A DNA stretch of 64,000 nucleotides from Macrostomum lignano (taxonomy: Eukaryota), in NCBI GenBank assembly GCA_002269645.1, contig NIVC01000631.1, forward strand, positions 1 through 64,000, read 5' to 3'. Positions 48,190 through 61,840 of this stretch are shown in pieces. Within the stretch, counting starts at the first letter, position 1; each line of letters begins with the position of its first letter. The translations under genes and the position numbers were made by a program. The notes beneath the pieces are model-generated. The model was not told where the DNA came from and searched no databases. It saw nothing but the letters and a program-made list of their open reading frames with translations.

Positions 48190-50330
48190 ATACAATGCCT
48201 ATATATCTGGATTATATAAAATTGTAGTGTTTTTCTCAATGTTTTAAATTTATTTTTTAGTGTTAGGCCTAAGAACTTTTTCAAATATTGATACTTTTTA
48301 ACTTAATCCATAGTTGTAGCTTACTGACTTTAATTTATTTCTATTGTTCTAAACCCTTTCCATGCATTAAATCAAGGGCTTCAATGATCTTTAAAGTATT
48401 TTTAAGTCTTAGTTTTGTGTCATCAATATTAATAGATATAGGAGCTTGGTATGGGAAATATGCATTCATATAACCATATCATATATCCATGTACATTTTA
48501 TCTAATCTATCTTAAACTGCCTATAATTTTCTATAGTCATATATATAGCTATGATAGATTTTTTCAATATCTTATAAACTATTACAAGGCTATTAGCCTT
48601 TAGACCAGCTATATTGACATAAAAGAAATTAAATCAATAAATAACAAGACTGATAATTGCAAGAATAAATAAATCCAACAAGAAAATATTTTTAAAAGAA
48701 TATAATTTTTGGTCAATCCAGTCATTGTAAATTACAGTAGACCAGGGGACCAAGGATGACAAGGCATTTAACCATAAAGACTATTATAGTTACTTTTGCC
48801 ATTTACCCAAAATTGCAATAATTTTACTTTAGGGTTTCCTTCATAGGTAAGTCACATTTTCTTGGGCATATAAAATTAAAATTTGGGCATGTATTGGCCT
48901 TGCATGCCAAAAGTAGACAGGCACAATTGGTATGCATCATTCCTAAGAAAATAGTGTGCATGCATACCTGGCATATACTTCATAGAATCACATGGAAGAG
49001 TTATTGTAAAATAGAAAAAAAGATAAAAAAGGTTCATTTTCTAAGTGTAAATTTCAAGTTTTCTAGGTTTTTAAAGCTTGTAATAAAGCATTTAAACAAA
49101 TCTTTGCATATATCGTTTTTTTGCATTATGAAAAGTAACATTATCAATGATTTTCTCATTGACATTAGGAAATTGACATTGATTACATGACTACAATTGA
49201 CATTGAAAAAGTATAAAAATTAACCAAATGATTTGCCAAAAAGGGTCAATTACACAATTCAAAAAGGTCATTTATTGTCACAACAAAAAGGTCCTTTATT
49301 GTTGCAACATTGTCTTAGTTTTGAAAATGGGCATGCACTCAATTTTTTGGTGTGCATTTATATTTTTATAAAAATTTTTGAATTTTTTTATTGAAAGTTT
49401 GGGTAGGTGTACACCTAGCATGATCTGAACTATGATATTATATGCCTAAAAATAATATCCAAAAAACTTTCAATCTTAAAAAATAAAAATTGTATTATAT
49501 AAAACTAGGCTTAAAATAAATTAAAATATGTAGCCTAGGCTAAGTAGATAAGCTTAATTTGCTAAATAATAGCTTATATTTTCATACTATTATTTAAATA
49601 CTTCCATAGCCATAGGCATAGGCCCTAGCTAAGGACTGCACTAGATGCCCCCTTTATTGAACTTAATAAGCTAGGCCTAGCCATCTAGACTACACTTGTA
49701 CCACTAAGGCCTAAGGGCCAATGCCAATATATACCAGTACCAGATGCTTCCCATGATAATAGCCATTAGCATTGGTTGCAATAGGGGCCTAGTGGGCATA
49801 GGTATTATATAGATGTTTATATTAATGACATTTTAATTATATAAAAGATAAAATAGTATTGAAGGCCCAGCAATGTTAAAGATCCTAGCCTAGGCCTAGT
49901 CACAAATCACAATGCCATCTAGTCATTTAAAACCTAGAGTACAATTTTTAGAACAAAAAAGGAAAAGAAATTATGTAACTTTTAGACTAGGAAACTAATT
50001 TTATTTGCCATTAGATATTTTGCAAAAAAGGCCTAGCAAAATTTAGAAATTTCAAAATTGCAATTCATTTGCAAATAGATATTTGCCATGATCTATGGGT
50101 ATAGCCTATAGGAATAGCATCCTACTATATACTAATATAGATTCAATATTTTTACTTACTATGTCTAGGCCTATATTATTAAGACTATATTACATATTAG
50201 GCTATTTATAGCATAGGAAATTGGCAAAAACTAAAAAGAAATTCTGAGTTGTTTTTTATTAACATTACTCATTAGGGCCTATTGCTTCATAATGTTTGAG
50301 CCAAGGCAAACAAAGCGATAATATTAAAAG
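48190..50330. mobile_element. Second AT-rich, CpG-depleted, TA-rich decayed repeat block
   Basis: CG almost absent, many taggccta/ctag motifs; 48755-48857 is a mutated homolog of 46209-46313. Confidence 0.55.
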
Positions 50331-50599
50331 ATATTAGGATACTGTAGTACTCAGAGAATATACTCAGCGGTTTTATGTACAGTAACATCACTAAATTGAA
50401 CAATCAATTAATCCGAGAATGTCGCAAGTAGTATAAAAATTAAGTTATTTCTATGAAACGAGACGAACGCTAATTTTGTATTTTGTCTATGATACAATTT
50501 TATTTTGTCAATGAAATGTTAAAATCGTTATACGATACGTAACTTGTACGAGCGATAGTATATAAGTTCATTTTTAGTATATAAGGATTTTATGAAACA

Positions 50600-51530
50600 A
50601 CACAAAACACGCCATCAGCATTTCGAAGGCGGCGTCACTACTGGACGCCCTCTGGGCCAGGTCGTGAACGAAGGCCTCGCTGCCGACCGAATCCGGGGCG
50701 TGCGTCAGCCAGCAGGCAGCCGACGATCACGTCGAGTGCGTGCCTGTCCCCAACGGTAGGGATGTCTGCAGCGGCTGTAGGGAGTACGATTCGGAGCGGA
50801 TGATGTGGCCTGCCAGCTGGGTGTCTCAGACGGCGAAAAGATTACTTGGACGGCCACCAGCTAGGACGCCGGCAATACACTGCCGCGTTGGGGTGACTCC
50901 TCGCTCATCACTAATCCAAGGACCTATGTTAGTGGTCCTTGCACTGATCTTGAAGGCAGCGCGCAGCAGGCCAGCGTACCCCGCATCTATACTTATTGCT
51001 TGAGCGAGTCCGTCAGTATCCAGGTGTCAACGTTCTACGTACAGCAGACGGTCTCGACCACCACCTACCCTCTGGCGGTCAGGTAGTGCTCGCAGGCGCC
51101 AGGAACCAGACAGCCAAGGTAGATGAACTCCTGAAAACGTGCGGAAGATCCGTCGCCTGCCAATCTACGCCTCGGCACAAAATTGCAGCTTCGATGGCGT
51201 CCGATTCGTACAGCACGACGATTGTTTGCGTGTTGACTACCATGCAGGCCGATACGCGCCGCAACGCTCACCAGCCGGTCCAGTTTTTGCTGGGCGTCCT
51301 CGGCTGTTGAGGACATCAGGGCGAGCTAGATCATCGGCGTAGACAAGCACGCTGACCTACTGCCTCTCCAGTTGTCGTCGACCCACGCATCGCCGCAACA
51401 GAAAGCCAGGTAAGAGGAGCAATCTGCAGCACCCAGTCGACGAGCAGGAACGACGAGAGCGTTTCTCCCTGAAGCACCCCAGATGATGTCTCAAAAAAGT
51501 CCAATCTATAGGTCGTCCGCCCTCCGGTGT
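50600..51530 (-). mobile_element. Frameshifted RTE-like LINE RT fragment
   Basis: VLVYADDL, MSSTAEDAQQKLDRL, EFIYLG and QLAGHIIR motifs spread over several frames. Confidence 0.75.
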
Positions 51531-51929
51531 TGTATACTGTACTGTATGTACTATTCAGTAATTCAATTTCAATGAATTTCCAAGGACCACTATATACGAG
51601 CGTATAGCTATAGCTATACAGCTATATATATATACAGCGGTTCTTGTGAATTTCTAGAATGATATACTGTATTCGTTGCACAGTTTCGACACAGTCTCAT
51701 AGTTGCAGATCATCCGGTCTTTTGCATGCGTAAATTGCACAGTCTCGTCTAGTCTGTAAAAAAGAAAAAAGTAAAAAATTCCACTTGTACTACTGTTAGT
51801 AACCCTCGATAGGATTGGCAGCAACATTCTCAGGCAGGTCTCGGTAAAAAATTTAGGCATGGAATTTCATTAGATATAATACTTGATGGACAGGTGATAG
51901 TAATATTGCAACGGAGTCCCTGCATGTAC

Positions 51930-52150
51930 CTGACCGCCAGGTAGCGACGTTGTTCCAGACGTGGTAGTCGAAGCCGTCCTGCTTTACAACACCGAGAGCC
52001 GCTCGAACAGCAAGTTGTTGGCGTGCACGCTAGCCTGCTGCACCGTCAGACCCGTCCACGCGACCTGTATCGCAGTCGTGGACTCCATCTGGCAATCAAT
52101 TTTGCTGCTCACAGATGGCGCAAGCCGGGGAGGGGGGCTGGGTTGACGCA
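51930..52150 (+). mobile_element. Small RTE-like LINE fragment
   Basis: LFQT-VVEAVLLYNTES resembles the RTE C-terminal LF..LVESVLLYG.ETW. Confidence 0.5.
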
Positions 52151-54479
52151 GCGAGCCACCTGACCTGCGAGCACAAGCGTAACTCTTGAAATTAATCCTA
52201 AAGTACCGAAGTAATAAAATATTCCCTCATACCCTCATCGTGAAGAAAGCTTCAGGTCAAACAATTGCAGGCATGGTGGCTCAGACCATCTGGCCCGTCT
52301 AAAGAAATCTGCTTAATCCCACAACAATGAACGGCCGCCTTGCTCAGACGGCGATGTTGTGTCCACACTGTAAAAAATCTGCTTGTTGACTTTGCGAAAA
52401 AAAGAGAACTGAGCGGAGGCCAGCAGCATTGTTCCAGCGTACATTGTGTACAGGTGTAAGGTGGCCTGAGAGAAAGTTGATACAAAGGCAACAAGAGAAA
52501 ATGACTCCAAGAGAATCCAGATTGTGTGAAGTGATTTAGATGGAGCAATATGCAAGGCCACACTGCGGTTCTCATACTCGCGGTGGGCCTTAATCTGCTG
52601 GAGAGCACTTTACAATTGCCAAGAAGTGAGCGCTTGCTCGTCTTGGAGAGGCGGATTAAGGAAAATCAGAATGGGAAGCAAGTGAGAGAGGAGGAGGAGG
52701 CGGTTGAGAAGGGGGCGAGGCGACAGAAATCTCCGGACAAACTGGCCTTCCACCTGGCAATTTTTCTCTCTCCTGGCCTCAATACCTCTCTGAGTTGCCG
52801 CATTCTCCATCCCAGTTTGCGGCAGGCCAGTTTGCAGCCAGGCCAGTCAGCTTGGCGGGCACGGAGGATCGATATCCTATTAAAAGTCCGAGCTTTTCAC
52901 CAGTCGAGGATGTCGGGCGGGCCTACGCCTACGCTTAGGCTGAGCCTACGGGCTTGATGGACAGTTGAACACTGACACCCGCTTGCTTGCGGCTGCAAGG
53001 CGTTCTATCCTTCATCTATTGAGGAGAGAAGGGGATGGGAATGATTGACAAGAAATTGACAGATGAAAGCTAAATCTTCTTCTCTCATTCTCAGCTTGTA
53101 GTGCCAAGAGCGTAAACCTAATATGAGCATGCATATTGTCACTGCAAAAGAAAGCATTGACTAGCAAAAAAGATCTAGACGTATTTAAGGGAAAACATCG
53201 TTAAGCCTTATGGCTTACCTATGGCTTATCCTTATGGATATTTACCACCAAAAAAGCGAGTTTAGCTTATCATCTGCTGTCGTTTTTCTCATCGAAATTC
53301 CTTTTGGCACCTGTTTAGAATCCCACAGAATGTACTGTTTCGATTGCCGCGAGACTTACAAGCACAGTTACAAACTGATATATGAGTGAAAGCGATACAC
53401 TGACAGTTTGCGCCAAGTCACATCAGCCTTACTAGCTCGTATTTCTAGCTGTTTAATAAATTACTTGCATTCAAAATTATGCGCGCATTATCCTGTGTGA
53501 AAGATGGCCAGCTCATCGACGAAATGCTTCGCTCTATTTAGTTAAATACTACTCGTAGTTAACCAGCAATTTGATGCAATTACTGTGCTGAATTAAAGGA
53601 GTTCACTCGTCGAAAGTTCACGGAGAGAAGTTTTACTCAAACAGATGATAAATAAATAAAAATTCCATTGAAAAACTTACTTACTTGATAAGCTAGCTAA
53701 CGACAATTTATTGTATAATGTACAATTAAGCTTCGATAATATACGAATTACGGAATAGTACTTTATAATTCGTTTTAGTACAAGGATGAGATCAAATAAG
53801 CGTCTATCATGAGATGCTTGAAATGTCAAGCATTGCTTGAAGCGTTCAATAGCCTTATAGCTACTTTAGCAACAAATTACGAGACGTAAAGTTTCCACCC
53901 AAAAACCAGTAGTCAACTTTTCTCAAGATCTCATCCCCAAGTGACGCAACACCACGCCGGCGGTTCTCGTCTCAACTGTGGGTGATGCATGCAGTTGGCG
54001 ACACAAGGCCAGCTTAGACTAGTAAGGAGAGAGTGGAGAGTTATGGCTATGAGTTGGATTAAAGTTGCCACTTGTTGGCTACTGGCCACTGTTGTTGAGT
54101 GTAGCACTAACGCGTTCATGTCGTTATAGGATAAAAAACGCATATTATCATGCTTGAAGTATCGATATACCTTGACTGAATCATTGAGCCCGACTCAAAA
54201 GCTTACGAATAGAAGTACCGGAAGTTGTTTATTTATTTATTTAATGCGGGAAAATATTAGTCAGATGCTCTTAATCGCTGAGCTACCTTGCTCCTGAAGA
54301 AATAAGGTCGTGGACAACTGTCAGAAATAGAGTACGCAGACACAATGCACAGGCTTCGCTTTATTCGAGTATAAACATTATCATCAAAGTAGTGAAGAGT
54401 AGCAAAAAGTTTTGCCGAAGTAGATCTATTCAGAGTAAGAAGCCAAAAAGGGCAAGCAAGCGGCATGGCTGCAGCCCAA

Positions 54480-54883
54480 TTAGGCATGCGGCACAGAGTC
54501 AATACTAGCTAAACCATCCTGATGCCTTCCCCTCTCGCCTTCTCCCCGGAGCTACGCGGCGCTTTCTGCACTTGAGCACGCGCGCCAACAAAAGCAGGAC
54601 AGCTGCAGCCCACCGGGAAGGCGGATCGGACCACGCAGACCTGGGCTGCGCTATCATTGGCTCAGCTGAGCCTCCGCCAATCCTCCCGCCGGTTGTCCGA
54701 ATTGGCGATTCCGACATCAAGCTGATGGAGTCGCGACTATTTGAAGGAAAAAGCTGCCCGAGCTAACTGCTAGAAACGCAGCTCAATCGCGCAATCAATA
54801 AGAACCCGCTTCCTTTTGCTCAAAACATTGCCCATATTTCTTTGTCGCTTTCGAAGAAGCTGTTCAAGTACAGCTGAACTATA
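54480..54883 (+). promoter_or_regulatory. GC-rich putative promoter/5'UTR of the GPCR
   Basis: CpG-rich stretch with several CCAAT/ATTGG boxes immediately before the ATG. Confidence 0.35.
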
Positions 54884-55295
54884 ATGGCGCCAGTGCATAA
54901 GCCGCTGGTCTTGCTGTTGCCAATTATTTTTCTACTTCCGCTACCGCGTCTCTGCCATTCCGACACCGTTGAGGTTTCCTGGCGCCAGAAGCTGATCAAC
55001 TTCACGGATAGACACGGCAGAACCCAGCATTGGCCAATCCAGGAGCAGAAGGTGTTTACTAAAGGCGACATTTACCTGGGCGGCCTCATGATGGTGCACT
55101 CCCGCTCCGAGGACAAGGTCTGCGGTCGGGTCATGCACCAGGGTGGCCTGCAGGCGCTTGAGGCAATGCTGTACACCATCGACTACATCAACCAGCATGA
55201 CGTTATTGGCGACGGCATCCTGCTGGGCAGCTACATCAAGGACGACTGCGACAGGGACACCTACGGATTGGACCAGGCGGTTGACTTCATCAAAG
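54884..55295 (+). CDS. Class C GPCR (metabotropic glutamate receptor-like), first coding exon: signal peptide and start of Venus flytrap domain
   Basis: GDIYLGGLMMVH...CG...QGGLQALEAMLYTIDYIN...LG..IKDDCDRDTYGLDQAVDFIK; donor G|gtgagt at 55296; no later exons found in the window. Confidence 0.92.
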
Positions 55296-55454
55296 GTGAG
55301 TTACAGCTAGACTTTCATTGATGTTTTCTTTCACGTCTAGCTTAGCAGCTCCAGCCCTTGTGTATAGTTATATTTTATATAGTCAACTGAATTGACAGAG
55401 TGGAATCAGAAATAAATCTTCCGACCAAACTTCGAAGATGTAATCTAGCTCTAG

Positions 55455-56900
55455 CCGTTCCCGCTACATTGATGAGCCAGCACACCCGGATGTAGCTAAT
55501 GAATGAGCCATTCCCGCTACACTGATGAGCCGGCACACCCGGATGTAGCTAATGAATTAGCCATTCCCGCTACACTGATGAGCTTGCACACCCGGATGTA
55601 GCTAATGAATGAGCCATTCCCGCTACACTGGTGAGCCGGCACACCCGGATGTAGCTAATGAATTAGCCATTCCCGCTACACTGATGAGTCGGCACACCCG
55701 GATGTAGCTAATGAATTAGCCATTCCCGCTACACTGATGAGCCGGCACACCCGGATGTAGCTAATGAATTAGCCATTCCCGCTACACTGATGAGTCGGCA
55801 CACCCGGATGTAGCTAATGAATTAGCCGTTCCCGCTACACTGATGAGTCGGCACACCCGGATGTAGCTAATGAATTAGCCATTCCCGCTATACTGATGAG
55901 CTGGCACACCCGGATGTAGCTAATGAATTAGCCATTCCCGCTACACTGGTGAGTCGGCACACCCGGATGTAGCTAATGAATTAGCCATTCCCGCTACACT
56001 GGTGAGCCGGCACACCCGGATGTAGCTAATTAATTAGCCATTCCTGCTACACTGATGAGTCGGCACACCCGGATGTAGCTAATGAATTAGCCATTCCCGC
56101 TACACTGATGAGTCGGCACACCCGGATGTAGCTAATGAATTAGCCATTCCCGCTATACTGATGAGTCGGCACACCCGGATGTAGCTAATGAATTAGCCAT
56201 TCCCGCTACACTGGTGAGCCGGCACACCCGGATGTAGCTAATGAATTAGCCATTCCCGCTACACTGATGAGTCGGCACACCCGGATGTAGCTAATGAATT
56301 AGCCATTCCCGCTACACTGGTGAGCCGGCACACCCGGATGTAGCTAATTAATTAGCCATTCCCGCTACACTGATGAGTCGGCACACCCGGATGTAGCTAA
56401 TGAATTAGCCATTCCCGCTACACTGGTGAGCCGGCACACCCGGATGTAGCTAATGAATTAGCCATTCCCGCTACACTGATGAGCCGGCACACCCGGATGT
56501 AGCTAATGAATTAGCCATTCCCGCTACACTGGTGAGCCGGCACACCCGGATGTAGCTAATGAATTAGCCATTCCCGCTACACTGATGAGTCGGCACACCC
56601 GGATGTAGCTAATGAATTAGCCGTTCCCGCTACACTGGTGAGCCGGCACACCCGGATGTAGCTAATGAATTAGCCATTCCCGCTACACTGGTGAGCCGGC
56701 ACACCCGGATGTAGCTAATGAATTAGCCATTCCCGCTACACTGATGATCTGGCACACCCGGATGTAGCTAATGAATTAGCCATTCCCGCTACACTGGTGA
56801 GCCGGCACACCCGGATGTAGCTAATGAATTAGCCATTCCCGCTACACTGATGAGCCGGCACACCCAGATGTAACCAATGAATAGCCAATTCCCGCCACAA
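55455..56900. repeat. Intronic minisatellite, 53-bp unit
   Basis: cccgctacactgatgagtcggcacacccggatgtagctaatgaattagccatt, about 27 copies. Confidence 0.95.
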
Positions 56901-58389
56901 AGTCACATAAATCACTACACATGCATAAGCTAAATAAATTGAGTCACCACTTCACTCTGTGCAATGGAAAGTCACCAATGTGGCACCTTGCTGTGTCTAG
57001 ACAGAAGTTTTCCAGAATGATTACAATCCGATGAAAGTTTTCCTGAAAAATTATCAAATTTAACGATAAATTTGAGCAAAATAATTTCCCTTTTGCCCAA
57101 CTATAAGGAAGTTTCCAGACCAGCCAATTCATTAATCACCCGCAATTTTTGGCCCTAGGCTGCGCCCTTTACTGTTCGATCAATTTAATAATCAATTTCG
57201 GAGAAAGCATTCGCGTCAGTTTCAGCCCGAGACCGATCCTTCCCCAGCAACCCCTAGAGATTAAACATCAGGCAATATTGGCGCAATCAGCAGCGACCCG
57301 TGCGGCTCGGACACAGACATGCGAGCGCCTAGACCGAGTTCGTGATTGATAGCCCCTTTTGACGAATCCTAGTCCCGCCAAAAAGGTCTCGCTTTCATCT
57401 TTCTCCGCCTTTGATTGACTCATCCCCCAACTTTCAAGTCCTCACTTTGATTGCCTTCGTCAATGAGTATCATCTCTCTATGGGATATTCTACTGGGGAT
57501 CAATTTCTTAGAAAGGGGAAACTTAAAGAGCAGCTGACGAAATCAGTTACAGTCTGCAGAAATTGAAAAGACCTTTCTTACCTAAGCCTAATGTTCGTAC
57601 AGGCGCTATACATGGCAAGGTAGCCCTGATTAGCATCAGATCGACTGTCAATGCAATTCCCGCTATTCCCGCTGAAGGTTTCCCTGGGCCTCCCGTTGTA
57701 TCAGTTTTTTAAATGAAGCTATGCTTCCTGGTGAAAGAGAGCGGCAGAGACAGAGACAGTCCCAAGAGTGTTCAGCGCCGATGTCTGATATACGCAGCTT
57801 GGAAACCCCTCCGGGACAGGTAAACCTTCCTACAGACCAGCCACTAGCTTACCGACTTGTCACAACACCCAGGCTGGGTGTGGAATGAAACCCAGACTCG
57901 GAAACGAAGGGTGACAACACTATGTTGGCTATGTATGCTGAAGGCAAAGAGTTTTGTTCCCAGACTTTGCTGTGGAAAAACTTCAATCCAGAAATAGCGA
58001 TGATTATTTTGCTGCGCTGGTGAATTCTTATGTACTTTTTAGTCTTTGGTACATCTGTATGTAGTTTGGTTGTTAGCTGAATTAAAGCATATCATTGACA
58101 TTTAAAATAAAAAACTTTTTACTTGAACTAGGGACTTCTGCGATACAAATTCACCATAAAATAGATAAGAAGGGACTGGAAACTCGGCTTTAGTGAGTAA
58201 GAAATATAGGGGCTAGCTGATTGAAAGGAAGACGAACACGTGTGTATTTATCAGCTTTTCTTACTAAAAAGTAAGTTAAAAATCCAAGAATAGCTCGTAT
58301 GTCGATAAATATAACGACGGACGAATTAACAAACGAGGAAACAAAAGAACGAGAGGACAGAAGAACAAAAGAATCATAGAATGGAAGAA

Positions 58390-59600
58390 TCAGAGAATCA
58401 GATCTGTCACAGAAAATCTGTCACAGACCTCTTCAGCAGTTTTGATCTTGACACTGAACTCGACCTCAGTGGCAGACTGGTTCGTTGCAAATAAGCAAAG
58501 CTCATTGTTAGAAAAATCTATCGCAATTCCATGGCATGCCCACATTGCCCAGGCCAGCAGTGTGGTTGTCAACGTCGAGCTAGTCGGGACTATGTTGATG
58601 GTGTCTGCTGGTATTGGTTTTGTCAGCCTAACTGAGAATAAAGCCATCCAAAGTGAGAATCCTGCCTACGCTGACTGCGAAGGGCCTGGCTGCGTGCAGC
58701 CTTAGTCTATGGGCCATAGACAATAAAGGACAAGCAAAGTGATAAAAAGCCATCCAATGTGAGAATCGATTGGTCTATGCGTCGTATTCTTTTATTTTTA
58801 TACCTTCTGAGCCATATGACTAGCCAATAGCTTGAACGGAATAACGGAAACAGGAACACACTGGATGATACAGTACAGTACAGTAAAGAGTTAAAATAGC
58901 CGTCCCTCAATGCACTGCCCAAAGAGTCGTCTGCTAGGCCCTTCGTAATCAGCGTAGGCAGGATTCTCACTTTGGATGGCTTTATTCTCAGTTAGGCTGA
59001 CAAAACCAATACTGCAAGAACTGCAAGAGGCACCGGTCGATTAGGCTGGGCTCGTCTTACTGCCACGAACTCGAATTCATCGTAAAATAATTTAGAGCGG
59101 GAAATTCGAAAATCGCCCATCTTCGGTTCTTTTACTGAACAAATCCTTGCTGCCACTGAACTTCTCAATCGACTCTTGACAGAAAACTGGAAACTCAGCA
59201 GGAATGGAATCCGTCTTCCTGAGCAGTTCAAGCTCTCGATTATCATCAGCAGTTGCGCGCGATTCAGTCGCAATAACCATAACAGTCCCAATCTAAAGCA
59301 CTCTTTCCGTAGACCTCGGGTAATCCCGTTCTCGGACCAAAAATTTTCCTAACTTTTTCGAGCGCACACTCGGGTTTTGTCGTTGGGGTTGGCTTGGGTG
59401 GACTCGGTCGTAGCACCGTCCCTGATTCCACTATGGTTTGGCGGTGTCTTAGTCCATAGGCTTGAGTTAGTAGCGCCCAATGAGGTATTCTCTCCAGGCC
59501 TTGAGACCTGGTCCCAATCTGGGCCGCTCGGGCTATATGCCCCTGGTAGATGCCCCTGGTATATGCCCCTTCTCCGGGCTGATCCGCGGGTAGCACTGCT
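58390..59600 (-). mobile_element. Possible decayed LTR-retrotransposon gag-protease region, interrupted by a MITE
   Basis: ECFR..IARNC (knuckle-like), RRIPFLL and LLAWAMWACHGIAIDFSNNELCL resemble retroviral-type aspartic protease segments; the catalytic DTG is not recognisable. Confidence 0.35.
58611..59012. mobile_element. 402-bp MITE with 64-bp perfect TIRs (extending imperfectly to ~80 bp) and 2-bp TG target duplication
   Basis: 58611-58674 is the exact reverse complement of 58949-59012; TG on both flanks (58609-58610, 59013-59014). Confidence 0.9.
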
Positions 59601-60334
59601 TCCCACCCTCGTTTAACAACAACAACAGTCCATAATATGGTTAAGCAATTTACCCAATCAGAAGACTACTACGGAGTGACGTAATTTCCCCGATGTACAT
59701 TGCACTGGTGGCTAAAAATAGACTTGCGGAAATAACTTCGAGCTAAATTTACTCGGTTTATGAAGATTAATAAGTAATTATTATATATTTAGGACACGAG
59801 AGAGCGCTGGCCTTTAACATGGTCAAGTGCTATACTGCATAAGTTTCAGGGCTGGGCCTTTCGAGTGAGCAAGTCATGCGTGCAAAGCCAAGGCCTGAGG
59901 CATGGCGAGTGGGGGAGCTAAATCGGGTGTGGTGGGGGGACGGGGCGATTCCGCTGGCCCGATCCTTCAGCTGCTGCGGTCTATTAGGTCCGCCGCGCCG
60001 TGAGGCTTAACCAAACTAAGCGGCCATCTTATTGCCAGTCATATGGTTATAAAACAACGTTGACCACTTCGCCAAGGCTTTTGAAGTAGCTGGTGCACTT
60101 TGATAAAATAAAATACAAAAACGTCTTCTATTTAACGCAAGATGAACTGTTACAGTCTGAACAACTAAAAAAGTGGTACTTTCACAGAGATCCTGAAAGG
60201 TTAAGAACATTAACGTATAGGTACTGAAATCAACTATTCGCACTTTGAAAAGTTTTCTGACAGAGAATCATGGTTCCTTGATCGCCAAGTGCAAATATTA
60301 CCCTTGTATGATCACTTTGATCATCGCTTGTCAC

Positions 60335-60995
60335 TCTAATCCACTGTGTCACTCTGATCCACTGTGTCACTCTGATCCACTGTGTCACTCTGATCCACTG
60401 TGTCACTCTGATCCACTGTGTCACTCTGATCCACTGTGTCACTCTGATCCACTGTGTCACTCTGATCCACTGTGTCACTCTGATCCACTGTGTCACTCTG
60501 ATCCACTGTGTCACTCTGATCCACTGTGTCACTCTGATCCACTGTGTCACTCTGATCCACTGTGTCACTCTGATCCACTGTGTCACTCTGATCCACTGTG
60601 TCACTCTGATCCACTGTGTCACTCTGATCCACTGTGTCACTCTGATCCACTGTGTCACTCTGATCCACTGTGTCACTCTGATCCACTGTGTCACTCTGAT
60701 CCACTGTGTCACTCTGATCCACTGTGTCACTCTGATCCACTGTGTCACTCTGATCCACTGTGTCACTCTGATCCACTGTGTCACTCTGATCCACTGTGTC
60801 ACTCTGATCCACTGTGTCACTCTGATCCACTGTGTCACTCTGATCTGTGTCACTCTGATCCACTGTGTCACTCTGATCTGTGTCACTCTGATCCACTGTG
60901 TCACTCTGATCTGTGTCACTCTGATCTGTGTCACTCTGATCTGTGTCACTCTGATCTGTGTCACTCTGATCTGTGTCACTCTGATCTGTGTCACT
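60335..60995. repeat. Minisatellite, 18-bp unit (CACTGTGTCACTCTGATC) switching to a 15-bp unit
   Basis: About 28 perfect 18-mers, then a mixed zone, then 15-mers lacking CAC. Confidence 0.97.
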
Positions 60996-61739
60996 CTTTA
61001 TCTGAGTCACTGAGAGCTATACTAGCGAGCAGACAGCGGGAATCAAAGATAGTAACTCTGACTGTTTGATAAATTCCTGATGAAAACTTAATCAGCACCG
61101 ACTCAGTGAGTAGCGCATCGCATTGCTCATCTGAGTCACTACAGTAGAGCTCAGGCACGCACACAAGTTCAGGCGAGCACTGAGGATCCGATGAATGAGC
61201 CGCGCGGTTGCCTGAGGCAGGTAGGTTGGCAGCAAAACTTTGTCTATCCCTACTCAGCCAGAATCCCCCCTCTCTCTCTCCTCTCCCTTTGCTCATCCCG
61301 ACTGCCCTCCCTTCACCTCCAATTCCCAAAGTCAATTTCCCTTCCAACTCCGACCAAAGCCAACTGCAGTTGTTCGAGAATTAAAGGGCAACAATCAATG
61401 AATAGTGAAAGATTTCAAAGATAACAGACGGAGCACTAGTTGGAGAGCAATGCCGACTCAACTTGGCTATTTTGAACAGGCGGGCGGCTTAGGGGGGGGG
61501 GAAAAGAAGGAACAGTGCGGTAAACTAACAGACTAATCTGTACAAATCTATACAAAAAGCCAGTCGTAGATTTTCAACTGAATCCGCCGATATGTAAGCC
61601 TGTAGAACTATTGGTGGATTTGCTTTTGTCCATAGACTTCAGCGGGGTTAGGGGTTAGGATCCAGGCTCCAGCAGCTCCTCCCTCCTTTTGCTCCACAGT
61701 CCCGCTATGTGGTCTCCGTTCCAACAGCAAACGGCACCA

Positions 61740-61840
61740 TTTCTCCTTTAAGCTTCCGTTCTCTAGAATACAGTGACAAAAGCGTTGCTTCATTACCACT
61801 TACTGCAAATTTTGGAATGCTCTACCTGCAGCATGAGCTA
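61740..61840 (+). mobile_element. Possible CR1/L2 LINE 3' fragment
   Basis: KRCFITTYCKFWNALPA resembles the F..R....WN.LP terminal motif. Confidence 0.35.

Noticed and set aside
52250-52950. Possible R2/NeSL-type retroelement fragment
   Set aside because: Only vague motif resemblance across broken frames; not enough to call.
55455-56900. Hammerhead ribozyme in the 53-bp repeat (CTGATGAG followed by a stem)
   Set aside because: The GAAA half of the core and stem III with an NUH site are missing, and many units have CTGGTGAG.
60230-61069. VTQWIR / CHSDPL / DQSDTV repeat ORFs
   Set aside because: These are open frames of a perfect 18-bp tandem repeat, with no coding context.
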